The translations under genes and the position numbers were made by a program. From an uncultured Methanosarcinaceae archaeon (GTDB taxonomy: Archaea > Halobacteriota > Methanosarcinia > Methanosarcinales > Methanosarcinaceae): DNA of 64,000 nucleotides. The stretch lies in contig CAVSHT010000008.1 in assembly GCA_963727895.1 (NCBI GenBank), positions 128,001 to 192,000 of the forward strand, read 5' to 3'. Shown in pieces: positions 20,377 through 32,218 of this stretch (positions are counted from its first letter, which is position 1; every line of letters starts with the position of its first letter). Under the pieces are notes generated by a model that ran no database searches, was not told where the DNA came from, and was given only the letters and a program-made list of their open reading frames with translations.

Positions 20377-21116
20377 GGTATTGGTAATCAAAAATAGATA
20401 TGTATACTTATAACATATATTTCTTCATGAACTGCCCAAAATGCGATAGTTCCAGTCACAAAAAGAACGGTATAGTTGGTGGGCGTCAACGCTACAAATG
20501 CCACGATTGTGGCTATAACTATACAGTAGAGCTAAAATCAACTGCTTTTTCCGCTTCTGTAAAAAGACAGGCTTTACAACTCTATCTTGAAGGATTGGGC
20601 TTTTGCTTAATAGGAAGAGTTTTAGGGGTGAGTCATGTTTCTGTCCAAAAACGGATCAAGAAATTTGGTCAAGAGTGAGAGAATCTAAAAAGTGAAAGTG
20701 AGATATCTATTGTTGAAATGGATGAGATGCACACTTACATCGGTAACAAAAAAAATATTGTTGGATCTGGATTGCTGTTGATAGAGTTGGGAAAAAGTTC
20801 ATCAACTGCTCTTTTGGCAGCAGAGGAACGGAAACTGGACAACTACTCTGGGAAAAATTGAAGAAAAAATAGATTGGAGAAGTGATGACCGATCACTGGA
20901 GGGCATATGCAGAGTTTCTTCCAGAAAAGAGTCATACTCAATCAAAAGCAGAAACATTTACAGTTGAGGAATATAACAGCATATTGAGGCACTTTCTAGT
21001 AAGGTTGAGAAGAAAGACAGAGTGTTATGCGAAGAGTCTTGAAATGCTAAAGTACTCGGTGATTCTATTGATGAAATACAGAAATAAAGAAATAGATATA
21101 TTTAGTTAACAATACC
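20377..21116 (+). mobile_element. IS1-family element (740 bp), degenerate
   Basis: IRs ggtattggtaat / gttaacaatacc. CPKC...CHDC zinc finger, premature TGA at 20676, A8 slippery site. No TSD seen. Confidence 0.93.
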
Positions 21117-21460
21117 AAATAAAGATTTATCTATCCCTTCGCTTTGCGAATATATTCTCAATCCTAATCTTCTGTGTTATCCGTTTTCACTCAGATCAAT
21201 TAATTTTACAACATAGAACGAATGATTTTAGTGTAATTACTTCTTATATAGATACCTTTATACATTTTACTGTATCTTTCGAATTCAATTTCTTGTTTAT
21301 GACATTCAGTTTCTTGTTATAAATCTATAACTGCCAATGCAGCACCTAAAAAAATCTAAGAGAGGGCTCTAGTGCAAAAGAGTTTAAAAAGAAAAGATAA
21401 AATACCGAGCCGAAGGACTTAAAACTGAAGGGAGAGCAAAAAGAGCTAGATTTGAGAATA

Positions 21461-21573
21461 AATTTAAACGAGATTTAAACGAGATTTGAAAGAGCTTAAG
21501 GGAAATTAAAGATAATTTATGAAAAGTTAAGGAAATTTAAAGATAACTTAAGGAAATTTAAAGAAAATTAAAG
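21461..21573. repeat. Degenerate 10-11-bp periodic purine-rich repeat
   Basis: atttaaacgag twice, atttgaaagag, and ttaaggaaatttaaaga twice. Confidence 0.65.
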
Positions 21574-21601
21574 TGCTTCCTGCTTAGATTCGGGTGAAAA
21601 T

Positions 21602-23503
21602 ATGGAAAAATACGATTATAGTGAACTTGGGCTGAAAGCCGGGCTTGAAATTCACCAGCAGCTGGATTCAAAGGAAAAATTGTTCTGCCGGTGTCCTACC
21701 CTGATAAGGGATGTCAAGGATTCGGACTTTGAGTTTTTCAGGTATCTAAGGGCTACTGAAAGTGAGATGGGAGAAAAGGACAGAGCTGCTGTAGAGCAGA
21801 CAAAGATCAGGAGGAAGTACATCTATAAGGCTTATGACACCACCTGCCTTGTAGAAAATGATGAGGAGCCTCCAAGAGAACTCAATAAAGAAGCTCTGGA
21901 CATCTCTCTTGTAATTGCAAAACTTTTTAACATGAATCCAGTTGACCAGATGCACGTCATGAGGAAAATTGTCGTGGATGGGTCAAACACTAGCGGATTT
22001 CAGAGAACTGCTTTTCTTGCAAGCAATGGGTGTATTGAAACCTCAGACGGTCGCTGCGGGATTGACAGTCTCTGCGTAGAAGAAGAAGCTGCCCAGAAAG
22101 TAGAGGAAATCGGGGACTCCATAATTTATTCCCTTGACCGATTAGGAATCCCACTTGTAGAGATTGCAACTGCACCGGATATCAAGTCTCCTAGCCAGGC
22201 AAAAGAGGTTGCCGAGCAGATAGGAATGGTCCTCAGGTCCACAGGAAAAGTAAAGAGAGGACTTGGCACAATCAGGCAGGACGTTAATATCTCAATTGCC
22301 GAAGGAGCAAGAGTAGAAATAAAAGGCGTTCAGGCTCTTGACCTCATAGAAGACATTGTCCGCAGGGAAGTTGAAAGGCAGTTGAATCTTCTTTTCATCA
22401 GGCAGGAACTCATGGAAAGAAAAGCTTTCGTCTGTGAAGAAATCTATGATGTAACAGGGCTTTTCGTAGATACAAAATCGAAAGTTCTACAAAAAGGCAT
22501 AAAAAAAGGTGCAATCCTAGCTGCTCTTCTCAGGAAATTCGACGGGCTTGTAGGCAAAGAAGTCCAGCCCGGAAGAAGGCTAGGAACAGAATTTTCTGAC
22601 AGGGCAAAAACGGCAGGTGTTGGAGGGATTTTCCACACAGATGAACTCCCCAATTATGGAATTACCGAAAAGGAAGTTAAGGCTTTAAGGGATGCAATAG
22701 GCGCACACCCCGGAGATGCCGTAATAATGGTTGCTGATGATCCCGAAAAATCAAGGCTTGCAATTGAAGCGGTTATTGAAAGGGCAAAGGAAGCCATAAT
22801 AGGAATTCCTGAAGAAACTCGAAGAGCTCTGCCCGATGGAAACACTGCTTATATGCGTCCCCTTCCGGGTGCAGCAAGGATGTATCCTGAAACCGATGTG
22901 CCGCAGATCGAAATTTCACAGGATTACTTTGATTCTATTGAGGTTCCAGAACTTCTTACTGAACGGGCTAAGCGTTTTGTTTCCGAAAATGGTTTAAATG
23001 AAGAGCTTGCCGGAAAAATAGCTTATTCAAAGTATCTTCCTCTCTTTGAAAGCTTGATTGAGACTTACGGAAAAGATGAAACTGTAAACTCAACCCTTAT
23101 TGCCAGAACTCTTGTCGGAATCGTTCCAGAAGTCCGTAGAAATGGAGTTGATACCGAAAACCTTACAGATGAACATTTCATAGGTCTTTTTGTAGCTATT
23201 TCAAACCAGGAAATCGCAAAAGAAGCTATTCATGACCTTTTGACAGCTCTTGCAAAAGAGCCTGAACTAAGCGTGTCAGAAGCAATTTCAAAGCTTGGGC
23301 TGAGTGCTTTTGACCCCGAAGAGGTAGAAAAATTCATCAAGAAAACAGTAAAGGAAAGGGAAGACTTTATTAAGGAAAAAGGTCCTGCAGCTCTTGGTCC
23401 TCTCATGGGCATTGTCATGAAGGAATACAGGGGCACAGTTGATGGAAAAATCCTTAGTCAGATGCTAAAAAAGGAACTGGATAGTTTCATCAGCCAAGGG
23501 TAA
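21602..23503 (+). CDS. gatE: Glu-tRNA(Gln) amidotransferase subunit E
   Basis: [59 protein letters not shown]. Confidence 0.98.
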   Translation: MEKYDYSELGLKAGLEIHQQLDSKEKLFCRCPTLIRDVKDSDFEFFRYLRATESEMGEKDRAAVEQTKIRRKYIYKAYDTTCLVENDEEPPRELNKEALDISLVIAKLFNMNPVDQMHVMRKIVVDGSNTSGFQRTAFLASNGCIETSDGRCGIDSLCVEEEAAQKVEEIGDSIIYSLDRLGIPLVEIATAPDIKSPSQAKEVAEQIGMVLRSTGKVKRGLGTIRQDVNISIAEGARVEIKGVQALDLIEDIVRREVERQLNLLFIRQELMERKAFVCEEIYDVTGLFVDTKSKVLQKGIKKGAILAALLRKFDGLVGKEVQPGRRLGTEFSDRAKTAGVGGIFHTDELPNYGITEKEVKALRDAIGAHPGDAVIMVADDPEKSRLAIEAVIERAKEAIIGIPEETRRALPDGNTAYMRPLPGAARMYPETDVPQIEISQDYFDSIEVPELLTERAKRFVSENGLNEELAGKIAYSKYLPLFESLIETYGKDETVNSTLIARTLVGIVPEVRRNGVDTENLTDEHFIGLFVAISNQEIAKEAIHDLLTALAKEPELSVSEAISKLGLSAFDPEEVEKFIKKTVKEREDFIKEKGPAALGPLMGIVMKEYRGTVDGKILSQMLKKELDSFISQG

Positions 23504-23844
23504 TCCCTTCCTATTTTTTCAATTTTCACGCTTCATTTTTATTTTTCATCCCCTTCTCTTAGTTTTAATTTAGGTCTGAAAAAATATAACCTTTTATTAT
23601 TGTTTTTTAGACTAATATTTATATTAATTAATATCTATTTTGAAACTAAAATGATCCTATTCTTACAGAAAAACATCTAATTATCATGGATAAAAGTTAA
23701 CTTTTTATATTAATTGAGACATTTATACTATTAACTGTGGAGTATTAAAGTAGCTGAAATTTTGTTACTTCTCAATTGGGAGATGATAACTGATATAACG
23801 GTCCAAAAAAGATTAAAAAACAATAATTTAAGGAGTAAATCGCC

Positions 23845-24228
23845 ATGAAAGTGTTGCTTGTAGATGATGATCCTTTGTTTTTGGAGCTATCAAAAACTTT
23901 CTTAGAAGTTTTCCATGACATAACTTCAGATACTGTGAACTCTGCAAGGGAAGCCCTTCAGAGATTGGAGATCAGTTCTTATGATGTTGTAATTTCGGAT
24001 TATGACATGCCTTTTATGGATGGAATTGCGTTTTTGAAGACAATTCGTGATAAAAAAATTAATATTCCTTTTATCCTGTTCACAGGTGTGGATAGAAAAG
24101 AACTTATGCGTCAGGCAATCGAAAACGGTGCAAGTTCCTTTATTGAAAAAATAGGAGATCCAAAAGCTCAATATACAGAGTTGTCTGAAAAAATATATCA
24201 GGTTGTCAGCAGCAGTACAGGCTACTAA
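23845..24228 (+). CDS. Stand-alone response regulator receiver
   Basis: VLLVDDD, ISDYDMPFMDG, ILFTG and the conserved Lys. Confidence 0.9.
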   Translation: MKVLLVDDDPLFLELSKTFLEVFHDITSDTVNSAREALQRLEISSYDVVISDYDMPFMDGIAFLKTIRDKKINIPFILFTGVDRKELMRQAIENGASSFIEKIGDPKAQYTELSEKIYQVVSSSTGY

Positions 24229-24389
24229 AAAGAACAAAAGAAGGACATTTAACCTTGAGGTAGCTTTCAACCAATTTCTTAATGCTTAATATTATGTATT
24301 TTACTTTCAATAGCTTTGCTAATTTCTGCTTTTGTGCTTTTTAAAAATTATTAGGAAATTCTGAAATTTATTATTCTTTTCCTTATTGT

Positions 24390-24732
24390 GGCTTTGTAGA
24401 AATCCTTAATATAACCTTAATTTGACAAAAATTGTTAATTACTAAAGTAATTTTTTACAAAAACACTTTGTATCGGTATAGAATTTTGTGGAAAACTGGA
24501 AATATCAAAACTCAAAGAACGTAGTATATAAATTACAGTTGTAGAGAAAAATGTAAGCATGCAGCTGATTTAGTCATTATAATATTTATGATTCTGTAAA
24601 ATTCGGGATATAATGCAAATTATTTTTATAGTTTTTCTTTCTATGTTGTACACCATCAGTTTAATTTTTATTTTTTTACTTGATTACGTAACTCTCTTGC
24701 CCCAAGTGTTTTTAGAGTATTTTTACAAAGCC
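24390..24732. mobile_element. MITE-like element with ggctttgtagaaat-type IRs
   Basis: ggctttgtagaaatcc ... gtatttttacaaagcc, with a non-coding interior. Confidence 0.5.
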
Positions 24733-25029
24733 CATCAAGCATATAGTGTATTTTGAGCCTATCCTAAAACTCAAAATTTGCTTATTAGGCATTCAATTTC
24801 ATATATTCAACCAAGCTCATGATTGTGAAAACAATTCCGAAAATTCCCAACAATTAAATAAAGTGGCTTTGGGGATAGGCTCTTTAATAAAATCTGTTTT
24901 GACTCTATATTACATACTTATTTTCTTTTAACTCAGTGCAAGAAGAAAATTTTTGCAACATAATCTTTATGTTCCAAAATAGTTTTAGTAAAAAATCACA
25001 ATGTTTTTTAATTTTTAAATCAATTTCGT

Positions 25030-25110
25030 TTTGCAGGCCGACACAACCTTATATCTCAAAATCCTATAGTTAACCAAATTTCTGAAAAATTGTAATCATC
25101 GGCCTGCAAA
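25030..25110. repeat. 12-bp perfect inverted repeat with 57-bp spacer
   Basis: tttgcaggccga ... tcggcctgcaaa. Confidence 0.7.
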
Positions 25111-25336
25111 TATCTTTTTTTGATAGTGTCTTAAGGCATTTATTCTATTTGATTTACGCTAAGCTTCTCTTATTATTTCAGCTGAGGCATTTCTAATCTT
25201 TGACACAAATAGAAAAAGAGACTTTATCTTAATCAATTAAGAAAAACATGACTTAACACCCTATATATAAACTATTTTGATATGTTTAATTAATCATAAT
25301 ACTATTTAATTTTAGAAATATAGTTTGCAAAAAATC

Positions 25337-25468
25337 GGCTCTGTAGAAATCCTCAATATTCAGACGAAAATCAAAGTTAAAAATAATTCAAAATGTATTT
25401 TCACTTATAGAATAGATTTGCCGGTTTCAACCTACTGACAGTGGATTTGATAGGTTTTCTACAGAACC
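25337..25468. mobile_element. MITE-like element (132 bp), same IR family as 24390
   Basis: ggctctgtagaaatcct ... aggttttctacagaacc (15/17 IR match). Confidence 0.65.
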
Positions 25469-25520
25469 ATTCTGGAATATATTTATCTCCTAGAATATTC
25501 ATGTTTTTAAAGGGGATTTT

Positions 25521-27002
25521 ATGGTTCAGGAGTACAAGCTGTTTATAGGGGGAGAATTTAAAGACTCATCAACCGGAGAGGTTTTTGATGATCTAAATCC
25601 GGCTACTCTGGAAAATATGGCAACAATACAGATAGCTGGAGACGAAGACATTGACAGGGCAGTTGAGGCTGCCGAGTCAGGGTTCAGGTTATGGAGCAAG
25701 ATCCCTGCTCCTAAAAGGGCTGAGGTGCTCTTCAGGGCAGCGCGGATTTTGCAGGAAAGAAAGGAAGAGCTGGCTGTCCTTATGACGAAAGAGATGGGGA
25801 AGGTACTGCCTGAGACAAGAGGGGATGTACAGGAAGCCATAGATATCACAAATTATGCCGCAGGGGAAGGAAGGCGGATGCTTGGAGAAACAACGACTTC
25901 CGAACTCAAGGAAAAGTTCTGTATGACCTTGTTGAGGCCGATAGGAGTAGTTGGTTTAATAACACCCTGGAACTTTCCAATTGCCATTCCTGCATGGAAA
26001 ATCATGCCAGCTCTGATAGCCGGAAACGCTATCGTTTTTAAGCCTGCAAGTGATACTCCCCTGCTTGCCATTAAACTGGTAGAGGTTCTTATTGAGGCAG
26101 GTCTGCCTCCAGGAGTAATTAACTTAGTTCTCGGGCCTGGCATTACTGTTGGAAAAGCTGTAGTCCAGCATCCACGCATCAAGGCTATTTCTTTTACAGG
26201 CAGTCTTAACACCGGGAAATGGATAATGGAAGAATGTGCAAAAACCATGAAACGGGTTTCTCTGGAATTAGGTGGCAAAAACCCGGTAATTGTCATGGAC
26301 GACGCTGAACTTGAACTGGCTCTTGAGGGTGTTCTGTGGGGAGCTTTTGGGACTACCGGGCAGCGCTGTACTGCCACGAGCAGGCTGATTCTGCATGAGA
26401 AGATAAAAGACGAATTCATAAAAAGACTGCTTGCAAAAGTAAAAGTTCTAAGAATAGGTGACGGAATCCTTCCTGAAACGGATATCGGACCTATTATCAA
26501 CAAAGCGCAACTTGAGAAAATCGAGAGATACGTGAAAATAGGAAAAGAAGAAGGAGCAACTCTTCTTATTGGGGGAAACAAAATCGATTATGAGCTTCCC
26601 GGTTATTTTTTCGAGCCCACTTTATTTACAGACGTTAGACCGGAGATGCAGATTGCACAGGAAGAGATTTTTGGGCCAGTACTCGGGATCTTTACGATTT
26701 CAGACCTTGAAGAAGCAATTGAAATTGCAAATAATACCAAATACGGGCTTTCTTCAGCAATTTATACCAGAAATATAGGAAATGCTTTCAGGGCAATCGA
26801 GAAAATTGAAGCTGGAATTACATATATTAATGCCCCTACAATAGGAGCTGAAGTTCATCTTCCTTTTGGGGGTGTGAAAGGAACAGGTAATGGGTTCCGG
26901 GAAGCAGGGACTGATGCGGTTAAAGAATTTTCTGAGGAAAAAGCTGTCTATATAGATTACAGCGGTAGGTTGCAAAAAGCCCAGATAGATTCTTCTGAAT
27001 AA
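25521..27002 (+). CDS. Aldehyde dehydrogenase family protein
   Basis: ITPWNFP, FTGS, LELGGKNP, GQRCTA, EEIFGPV, PFGGVK. Confidence 0.95.
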   Translation: MVQEYKLFIGGEFKDSSTGEVFDDLNPATLENMATIQIAGDEDIDRAVEAAESGFRLWSKIPAPKRAEVLFRAARILQERKEELAVLMTKEMGKVLPETRGDVQEAIDITNYAAGEGRRMLGETTTSELKEKFCMTLLRPIGVVGLITPWNFPIAIPAWKIMPALIAGNAIVFKPASDTPLLAIKLVEVLIEAGLPPGVINLVLGPGITVGKAVVQHPRIKAISFTGSLNTGKWIMEECAKTMKRVSLELGGKNPVIVMDDAELELALEGVLWGAFGTTGQRCTATSRLILHEKIKDEFIKRLLAKVKVLRIGDGILPETDIGPIINKAQLEKIERYVKIGKEEGATLLIGGNKIDYELPGYFFEPTLFTDVRPEMQIAQEEIFGPVLGIFTISDLEEAIEIANNTKYGLSSAIYTRNIGNAFRAIEKIEAGITYINAPTIGAEVHLPFGGVKGTGNGFREAGTDAVKEFSEEKAVYIDYSGRLQKAQIDSSE

Positions 27003-27024
27003 AATTAGAGAACGTAAAGAAATC

Positions 27025-28455
27025 GTGGAGGAATGTATTCTGGCTCAGAAAAATTCTAAAGAATTTGAAAAGGCTCAAGGAATAGAAAGGCTGAGAAGAA
27101 ATTCCGCACAAAACAAAGGACATGATGATATATCTGGTCTTTATTTTTGTGGGGAGAAAACCGAACTTCTAGAGGTTAGCGGCCCAAAAGCTAGAGAAAT
27201 TATCGACCAAGACTGCAATATAACTTCAGCCTGTGCAGTTCGTCCCTATCCTCTGGTTGTAGACAGTGCAGAAGGTTCCATAATCAGAGATGTAGACGGA
27301 AGAGAATACCTTGACCTTGTTGCAGGGATTGCTGTCATGAATGCAGGATACTCCAACCCTCAGGTTAAAGCTGCAATCTCAACTCAGCTTGAAAAAATGA
27401 CTCAATGCGGATATGGGGATTTCTTTGCTGAGCCCCCTCTAAAGCTTTCAAAAAAGTTAAAAGAGCTTTCAGGTTATTCAAAAGTCTTTTATTGCAATAG
27501 TGGAACTGAAGCTGTGGAAGCTGCAATCAAGCTAGCTTTCTGGAAAACAAAAAGGCAGGGTATTGTCTCATTTTATAATTCCTTTCACGGTAGGACTCTG
27601 GGCTCTCTTTCTCTTACCTGCTCAAAAGTCAGGCAAAAGGAGCATTTTCCTGCGATCCGCACAGCTCATTCCCATTATGCTTACTGTTACCGTTGTCCCT
27701 TTAAATAAGAATATCCTTCTTGCGGGATCGAGTGTGCAAAAGAACTTGAAAATTTAATATTCAGGCGGGAACTGAGTCCAAAAGATACAGCTGCCGTTTT
27801 TATTGAGCCGGTTCAAGGAGAAGGAGGTTATATTGTTCCTCCTCCTGAGTTTCATAAAGAAATAAGGCAAATATGTACGGATAATGATGTTCTCCTTGTA
27901 GCTGATGAAGTACAGGCTGGTTGTTTCAGAACAGGCCCATTCCTTGCAATGGGAAATTTTGGGGTCAGAGCTGAGATTTCATGCCTTGCAAAAGCTCTTG
28001 GAAGTGGTCTTCCACTGGGTGCGATGCTTGCAGACCAGAAACTTATGGACTGGCCTCCTGGAGTTCACTCAAACACTTTTGGAGGAAATCTGCTGGCTTC
28101 AGCTGCATCTCTGGCTTCTCTTGAATTTTTGGAAAAGGAAAATACTGAGACTCGGGTAAAAGAACTTGGCTCCTTTATAAAGCAGCGCCTTTTGGAGCTT
28201 CAGGAAAACTTCCCCTGCATAGGGGATGTACGAGGTATTGGCTTGATGATTGGAATCGAAATAGTAAAACCCAATAAATCCATAGATTCCATAAAAAGGG
28301 ATAAAATTCTAATGGAAACCTTTAAAGAAGGAATCTTGCTCCTACCCTGTGGGGACTCAGTAATTCGTGTTTCTCCGCCGCTGGTTATTACAGATGAAGA
28401 AATCGAAATTGGCCTCGAAAAGTTTCAAACGGCTTTAAAAAAGGTAAGTATTTAA
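27025..28455 (+). pseudogene. Class III aminotransferase (4-aminobutyrate/acetylornithine type) with an in-frame TAA
   Basis: NSGTEAVE and FHGRTLG, then TAA at 27706. The same frame continues through EPVQGEGG, ADEVQ and AKALGSG to 28455. Confidence 0.85.
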
Positions 28456-28505
28456 ATTTCTGAAATGAAACTCAAATTAAAGAGTACTAAATAATTTGAT
28501 TTTGA

Positions 28506-29867
28506 TCATACTTTAAGTGTTTCAGAGTTGTTTTCCATTTCTCCTAGCCACTGACAATATTCTTCCCTGTTAACCACTCCAACAGTAAATGCTATTCCAC
28601 TTGTTTCTACATATTCTTTTATTCTCTTAAAGGCATGGTCTACCATTCCACCAGCTGTAAGGATAAGACAACGTTTTCCGCAAAGTGCCATAAGGATCGT
28701 TTTGTCTATCACGCCTGAGGAAACGTCTAACCGGACTCCATCTTGCTCAGCAAGGGTTTTACTTTTCTTTCCCATTGCTCCAACAAAGGCAATTTCTCCT
28801 TCTTTAAGAATTTGTTTTATTTCTGGCAGTGAGTAGCTGTCAGTATCATAAATTAAAACTCCACCAGCTTTGATCCCTTTACGCTTTAACTCAACAATAG
28901 CCCTTCCATCCGGATGGATATGCAGTACAGTAGCGTTAACAGCTTCATAAGGAGACTGGGTAGCATATTGCCCGTACATAACCCCTAAGTTTAAACTATC
29001 TCCTTCTTTGACTCCCGGAGGAACATCGACCCATATAAGATCAATAGGTTTTAGAGTATTGACAAGTTCAGGAATGGTTTTTGGGGAATTTCCACCAGAT
29101 GCAAGTCCTCTTCTTTCTATTTCATGATATATCTCAAGGGTGATTGGTTGTCTAAGCCCAGTTTTTTTTAGGAGTTCTGAGTTTTTGAAAACCTCTGTCG
29201 GAATGCCCTGCCCTATTATTTTGCTGTTTGACAGTAAAAATATGTAATCAGACCAGCGGTATGCCAGATCCACATCATGAGTAGAGATAATAATAGTGCT
29301 CCCAAACTGGTTAAATTCGTTAAGTAAATCCACTATTTCATCCGCCCCTACAGGATCAAGATTAGAGAGCGGTTCGTCAAGGATAATTACTTCAGGTTCC
29401 ATTGCCATAATTCCGGCAATTGCAACACGTTTCTTCTGTCCTCCACTTAGGTGATGAGGCGGTTTATCTTTTAAACGAGAAAGCCCTACCTGTTCAAGGG
29501 CTTGGTGTACGCAAGTATCAATTCTTTCTTTTGAGTAACCCAGATTTGCCGGTCCAAAAGCTACATCCTGGTACACTGTTGGAGCAAAGATCTGGTCATC
29601 GGAATTCTGAAAAACAATTCCTATAGATTTTCGAATTTCCCGAAGGGATTTTGAATCGTACTTAATAGGAACTCCATGAAAAAGAACCTTACCTCCAGCT
29701 GGTTTTAGGGTTCCGTTAAGTAAAAGAAAAAGAGTGGACTTTCCAGAGCCGTTTTGTCCCACAAAAGCTATCTTTTTTCCTTTTTTTATTTCGATATTCA
29801 GATCTTGAATAGCTGCAGTCCCGTCCGGATATGTGTATTTAAGGTCCTTTGTCTCAAGAATAATCAT
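28506..29867 (-). CDS. cbiO: Cobalt ECF transporter ATPase with C-terminal extension
   Basis: [26 protein letters not shown]; position in the operon. Confidence 0.92.
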   Translation of the reverse strand: MIILETKDLKYTYPDGTAAIQDLNIEIKKGKKIAFVGQNGSGKSTLFLLLNGTLKPAGGKVLFHGVPIKYDSKSLREIRKSIGIVFQNSDDQIFAPTVYQDVAFGPANLGYSKERIDTCVHQALEQVGLSRLKDKPPHHLSGGQKKRVAIAGIMAMEPEVIILDEPLSNLDPVGADEIVDLLNEFNQFGSTIIISTHDVDLAYRWSDYIFLLSNSKIIGQGIPTEVFKNSELLKKTGLRQPITLEIYHEIERRGLASGGNSPKTIPELVNTLKPIDLIWVDVPPGVKEGDSLNLGVMYGQYATQSPYEAVNATVLHIHPDGRAIVELKRKGIKAGGVLIYDTDSYSLPEIKQILKEGEIAFVGAMGKKSKTLAEQDGVRLDVSSGVIDKTILMALCGKRCLILTAGGMVDHAFKRIKEYVETSGIAFTVGVVNREEYCQWLGEMENNSETLKV

Positions 29868-29878
29868 GATCTATTACC

Positions 29879-30661
29879 TCAAACGATGGATATGTTTTTT
29901 GCAAAATAAAACAGTGCAAGAGTTGAAAGAAAGTAGGCAGAGGTTAGAAGCAATTCTGTTGCCTTTACAGGTCTTTGAACCTCAAAAAGAGTCATTTTTC
30001 CGTCATAGCACCTGGAATTCATTGCCAGAAAGAGTTTGTCTCCCTGTTCCCAGGAACGAATGAAGAGAGTGCTTGCAAGCATTCCAATAGAATTTATAGA
30101 ACGCCTGAAGTTTGAGTATCCAAGTCTTACAGTCTGGGCATACCTTATGCAAAGGGCCATATCTAAGAAAACAAAGATGTACCTGTATATAAGCATTGAA
30201 AGTTCTATAAGAGATTCTGGGAGCCTGGCAGCTTTGAGTACGGCAAAAAGTTCGATCATGGGGGTTGTCAGTGCGAGAAAATAGAGACAACACATCCCGC
30301 TTATTGATCTTGCAAGCACAAGAATGGCAAGCTCAAATCCATCTGTTCTTACAGAGAGAGGATAACTGAGGAATTTGAATGACAACAATTCTGGTCCCGA
30401 TCCTGAAGAGAAGAGAATTATAAGAATACCTACAATAGCAAAGCCCAATGGAGCTAGCAAGAGTTTGAAATATGTTTTAAGAGGCGCTTTGCCAAGAGCC
30501 ACTGTTGAAAAGCTCATGCATAATGCTATAAAAATAGGGGGAATAGGGGATGTGGCTGAAACTCCTGCAAGTAAGCCGAATAATACTATCGCCAGTTTCA
30601 ACCAGTTGTTTCGGTGCCTTAGGGGGCTTATTAGGGCATAATCGTCAAGTATATTGGTCAT
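29879..30661 (-). CDS. cbiQ: Cobalt ECF transporter T component
   Basis: LIYRYIF, RLGY, AMNSRCY. Confidence 0.92.
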   Translation of the reverse strand: MTNILDDYALISPLRHRNNWLKLAIVLFGLLAGVSATSPIPPIFIALCMSFSTVALGKAPLKTYFKLLLAPLGFAIVGILIILFSSGSGPELLSFKFLSYPLSVRTDGFELAILVLARSISGMCCLYFLALTTPMIELFAVLKAARLPESLIELSMLIYRYIFVFLDMALCIRYAQTVRLGYSNFRRSINSIGMLASTLFIRSWEQGDKLFLAMNSRCYDGKMTLFEVQRPVKATELLLTSAYFLSTLALFYFAKNISIV

Positions 30662-30726
30662 AGAAAACCCGCAAATAAATGGCTGGAAATTAAAACTGAA
30701 CGTTAAATAAAAACTAGAAGATAAAA

Positions 30727-30753
30727 GCTTTCCTCCCGTGAAGGAAGGAAAGC
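30727..30753 (-). terminator. Intergenic hairpin followed by a U-rich stretch between cbiN and cbiQ
   Basis: gctttcct ... aggaaagc stem; the minus strand continues ttttat. Confidence 0.4.
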
Positions 30754-30789
30754 GAACATGGCAAAGAAGAAAATGTATAAAGGGTATTT

Positions 30790-31137
30790 TTATAGTGACT
30801 GCTTTTCGGTTTTACTTTCGGTTTTACTTTCAGTTTTGAACCCAAGCTGTTTTTCATAGTTGCTTTTGGCCCTATAATATCCTAGGAAGTATCCAATGAT
30901 CCCTGCACCGAAAGCTGCCTGTAAAGCAAAAAGCAGGCTTTCAATTTCCGCGCTTGGAGGTTCCCAAATAGGATGTGCAATGGGTTTATAGGTTCCATTG
31001 GTAATTTGCTCAATGGTACCTGCAGGTTTGTCATCAGCTCCTCCATATTCAGCGTGTGTAGTCGAAGAGACATATACGAACTGAGCTACGAAAATTAGAA
31101 GGATAGCAAGTACTATAAGTTCTAGTTTTCTACTCAT
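30790..31137 (-). CDS. cbiN: Cobalt transport protein CbiN
   Basis: YGGADD and WEPPSAEIESLLFALQAA. Confidence 0.93.
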   Translation of the reverse strand: MSRKLELIVLAILLIFVAQFVYVSSTTHAEYGGADDKPAGTIEQITNGTYKPIAHPIWEPPSAEIESLLFALQAAFGAGIIGYFLGYYRAKSNYEKQLGFKTESKTESKTEKQSL

Positions 31138-31841
31138 GCAGAGAGCCCCCTAAGTTTTCTTACAAGTGGTTCTCCAAGAACTTTCATTTCAACTAATAAA
31201 TCACTTTTAGCTTCTACGATATACTTGAAAAGCAGTGAACTGACAGCACCTTCTACAATTGCCAGAGGTACCTGAGTAATTGCGAAAATTGCAACAAATT
31301 TGCTGAATGAACTGAAGAATCCTCCTAAAGTAAGTATTCCTCCTGCAGGAAATGCCAAAGCAAGTTCCGTAGAAGTCACAATGTAAGTAGCCCAGTCTCC
31401 AAGGGTTGCAGCCAAAAAGACAATTAAATAGAAATTAAGTTTGGCCTTCATTCCAGCCTTGTAGATCAGATATGATACTACCGGACCCGCGATACCCATC
31501 GAGAAGACATTTGCTCCTAGAGTTGTCAGACCACCATGCGCCAGGAAAAGAGCCTGATAAATAAGTACAATTACTGAGATAACTGAAGTAATAGCAGGTC
31601 CAAATATGATCGCACCTATGCCAGTTCCTGTTGGGTGAGAACAGCTTCCGGTAACCGAAGGCATTTTGAGTGAGGAGAGAACGAAAATAAATGCACCTGC
31701 AACAGCGAGCACAGGTAAAATTCCGCGTTCTTCTTTCACTAGCTTATTCAGTTTGTAAACACCATATGCTATAACTGGTATTGATACTACAAACCATACT
31801 ATACACCAGATAGCTGGTAAATACCCTTCCATTATATGCAT
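31134..31841 (-). CDS. cbiM: Cobalt ECF transporter S component
   Basis: MHIMEGYLP metal-binding N-terminus, GSCSHPTG, AHGGLTTLGAN. Confidence 0.96.
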   Translation of the reverse strand: MHIMEGYLPAIWCIVWFVVSIPVIAYGVYKLNKLVKEERGILPVLAVAGAFIFVLSSLKMPSVTGSCSHPTGTGIGAIIFGPAITSVISVIVLIYQALFLAHGGLTTLGANVFSMGIAGPVVSYLIYKAGMKAKLNFYLIVFLAATLGDWATYIVTSTELALAFPAGGILTLGGFFSSFSKFVAIFAITQVPLAIVEGAVSSLLFKYIVEAKSDLLVEMKVLGEPLVRKLRGLSA

Positions 31842-32218
31842 TGAATCACCATAAAAATAATAAAGTATATAAAAGGTATCAAGTAAATATTATTGAATGT
31901 AAGACAAGTTAAATTGCGTTAGTTTATATATAAATATTACGGTGATGAAAAACAGGGACACGAGGGCTTAAATAATGAGTTTAAAAGTAAAAATATTTCC
32001 AAGGCATTCTCCGTCTGGAGCAGAACAAGCTAATTTGAACATATTAGAGATAAATTTGAGATGTATTTATTCTTCTTTTGATTTGTACACTATCTTTATT
32101 TAATATAATATCTATTTGTTTTTATATTTTACCGGAAATCAAGTTTTCATTTATTTTCATTTAATATCTAGATAATTAATCGACATTTTGTTTCTGTTAA
32201 ATTAGAATTGCAAATTTT

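Noticed and set aside
27706..27708. Recoding of the aminotransferase internal stop
   Set aside because: The codon is TAA, which is used for neither pyrrolysine nor selenocysteine.
31842..32218. Cobalamin riboswitch upstream of cbiM
   Set aside because: AT-rich, with no B12-box or supporting stems seen.
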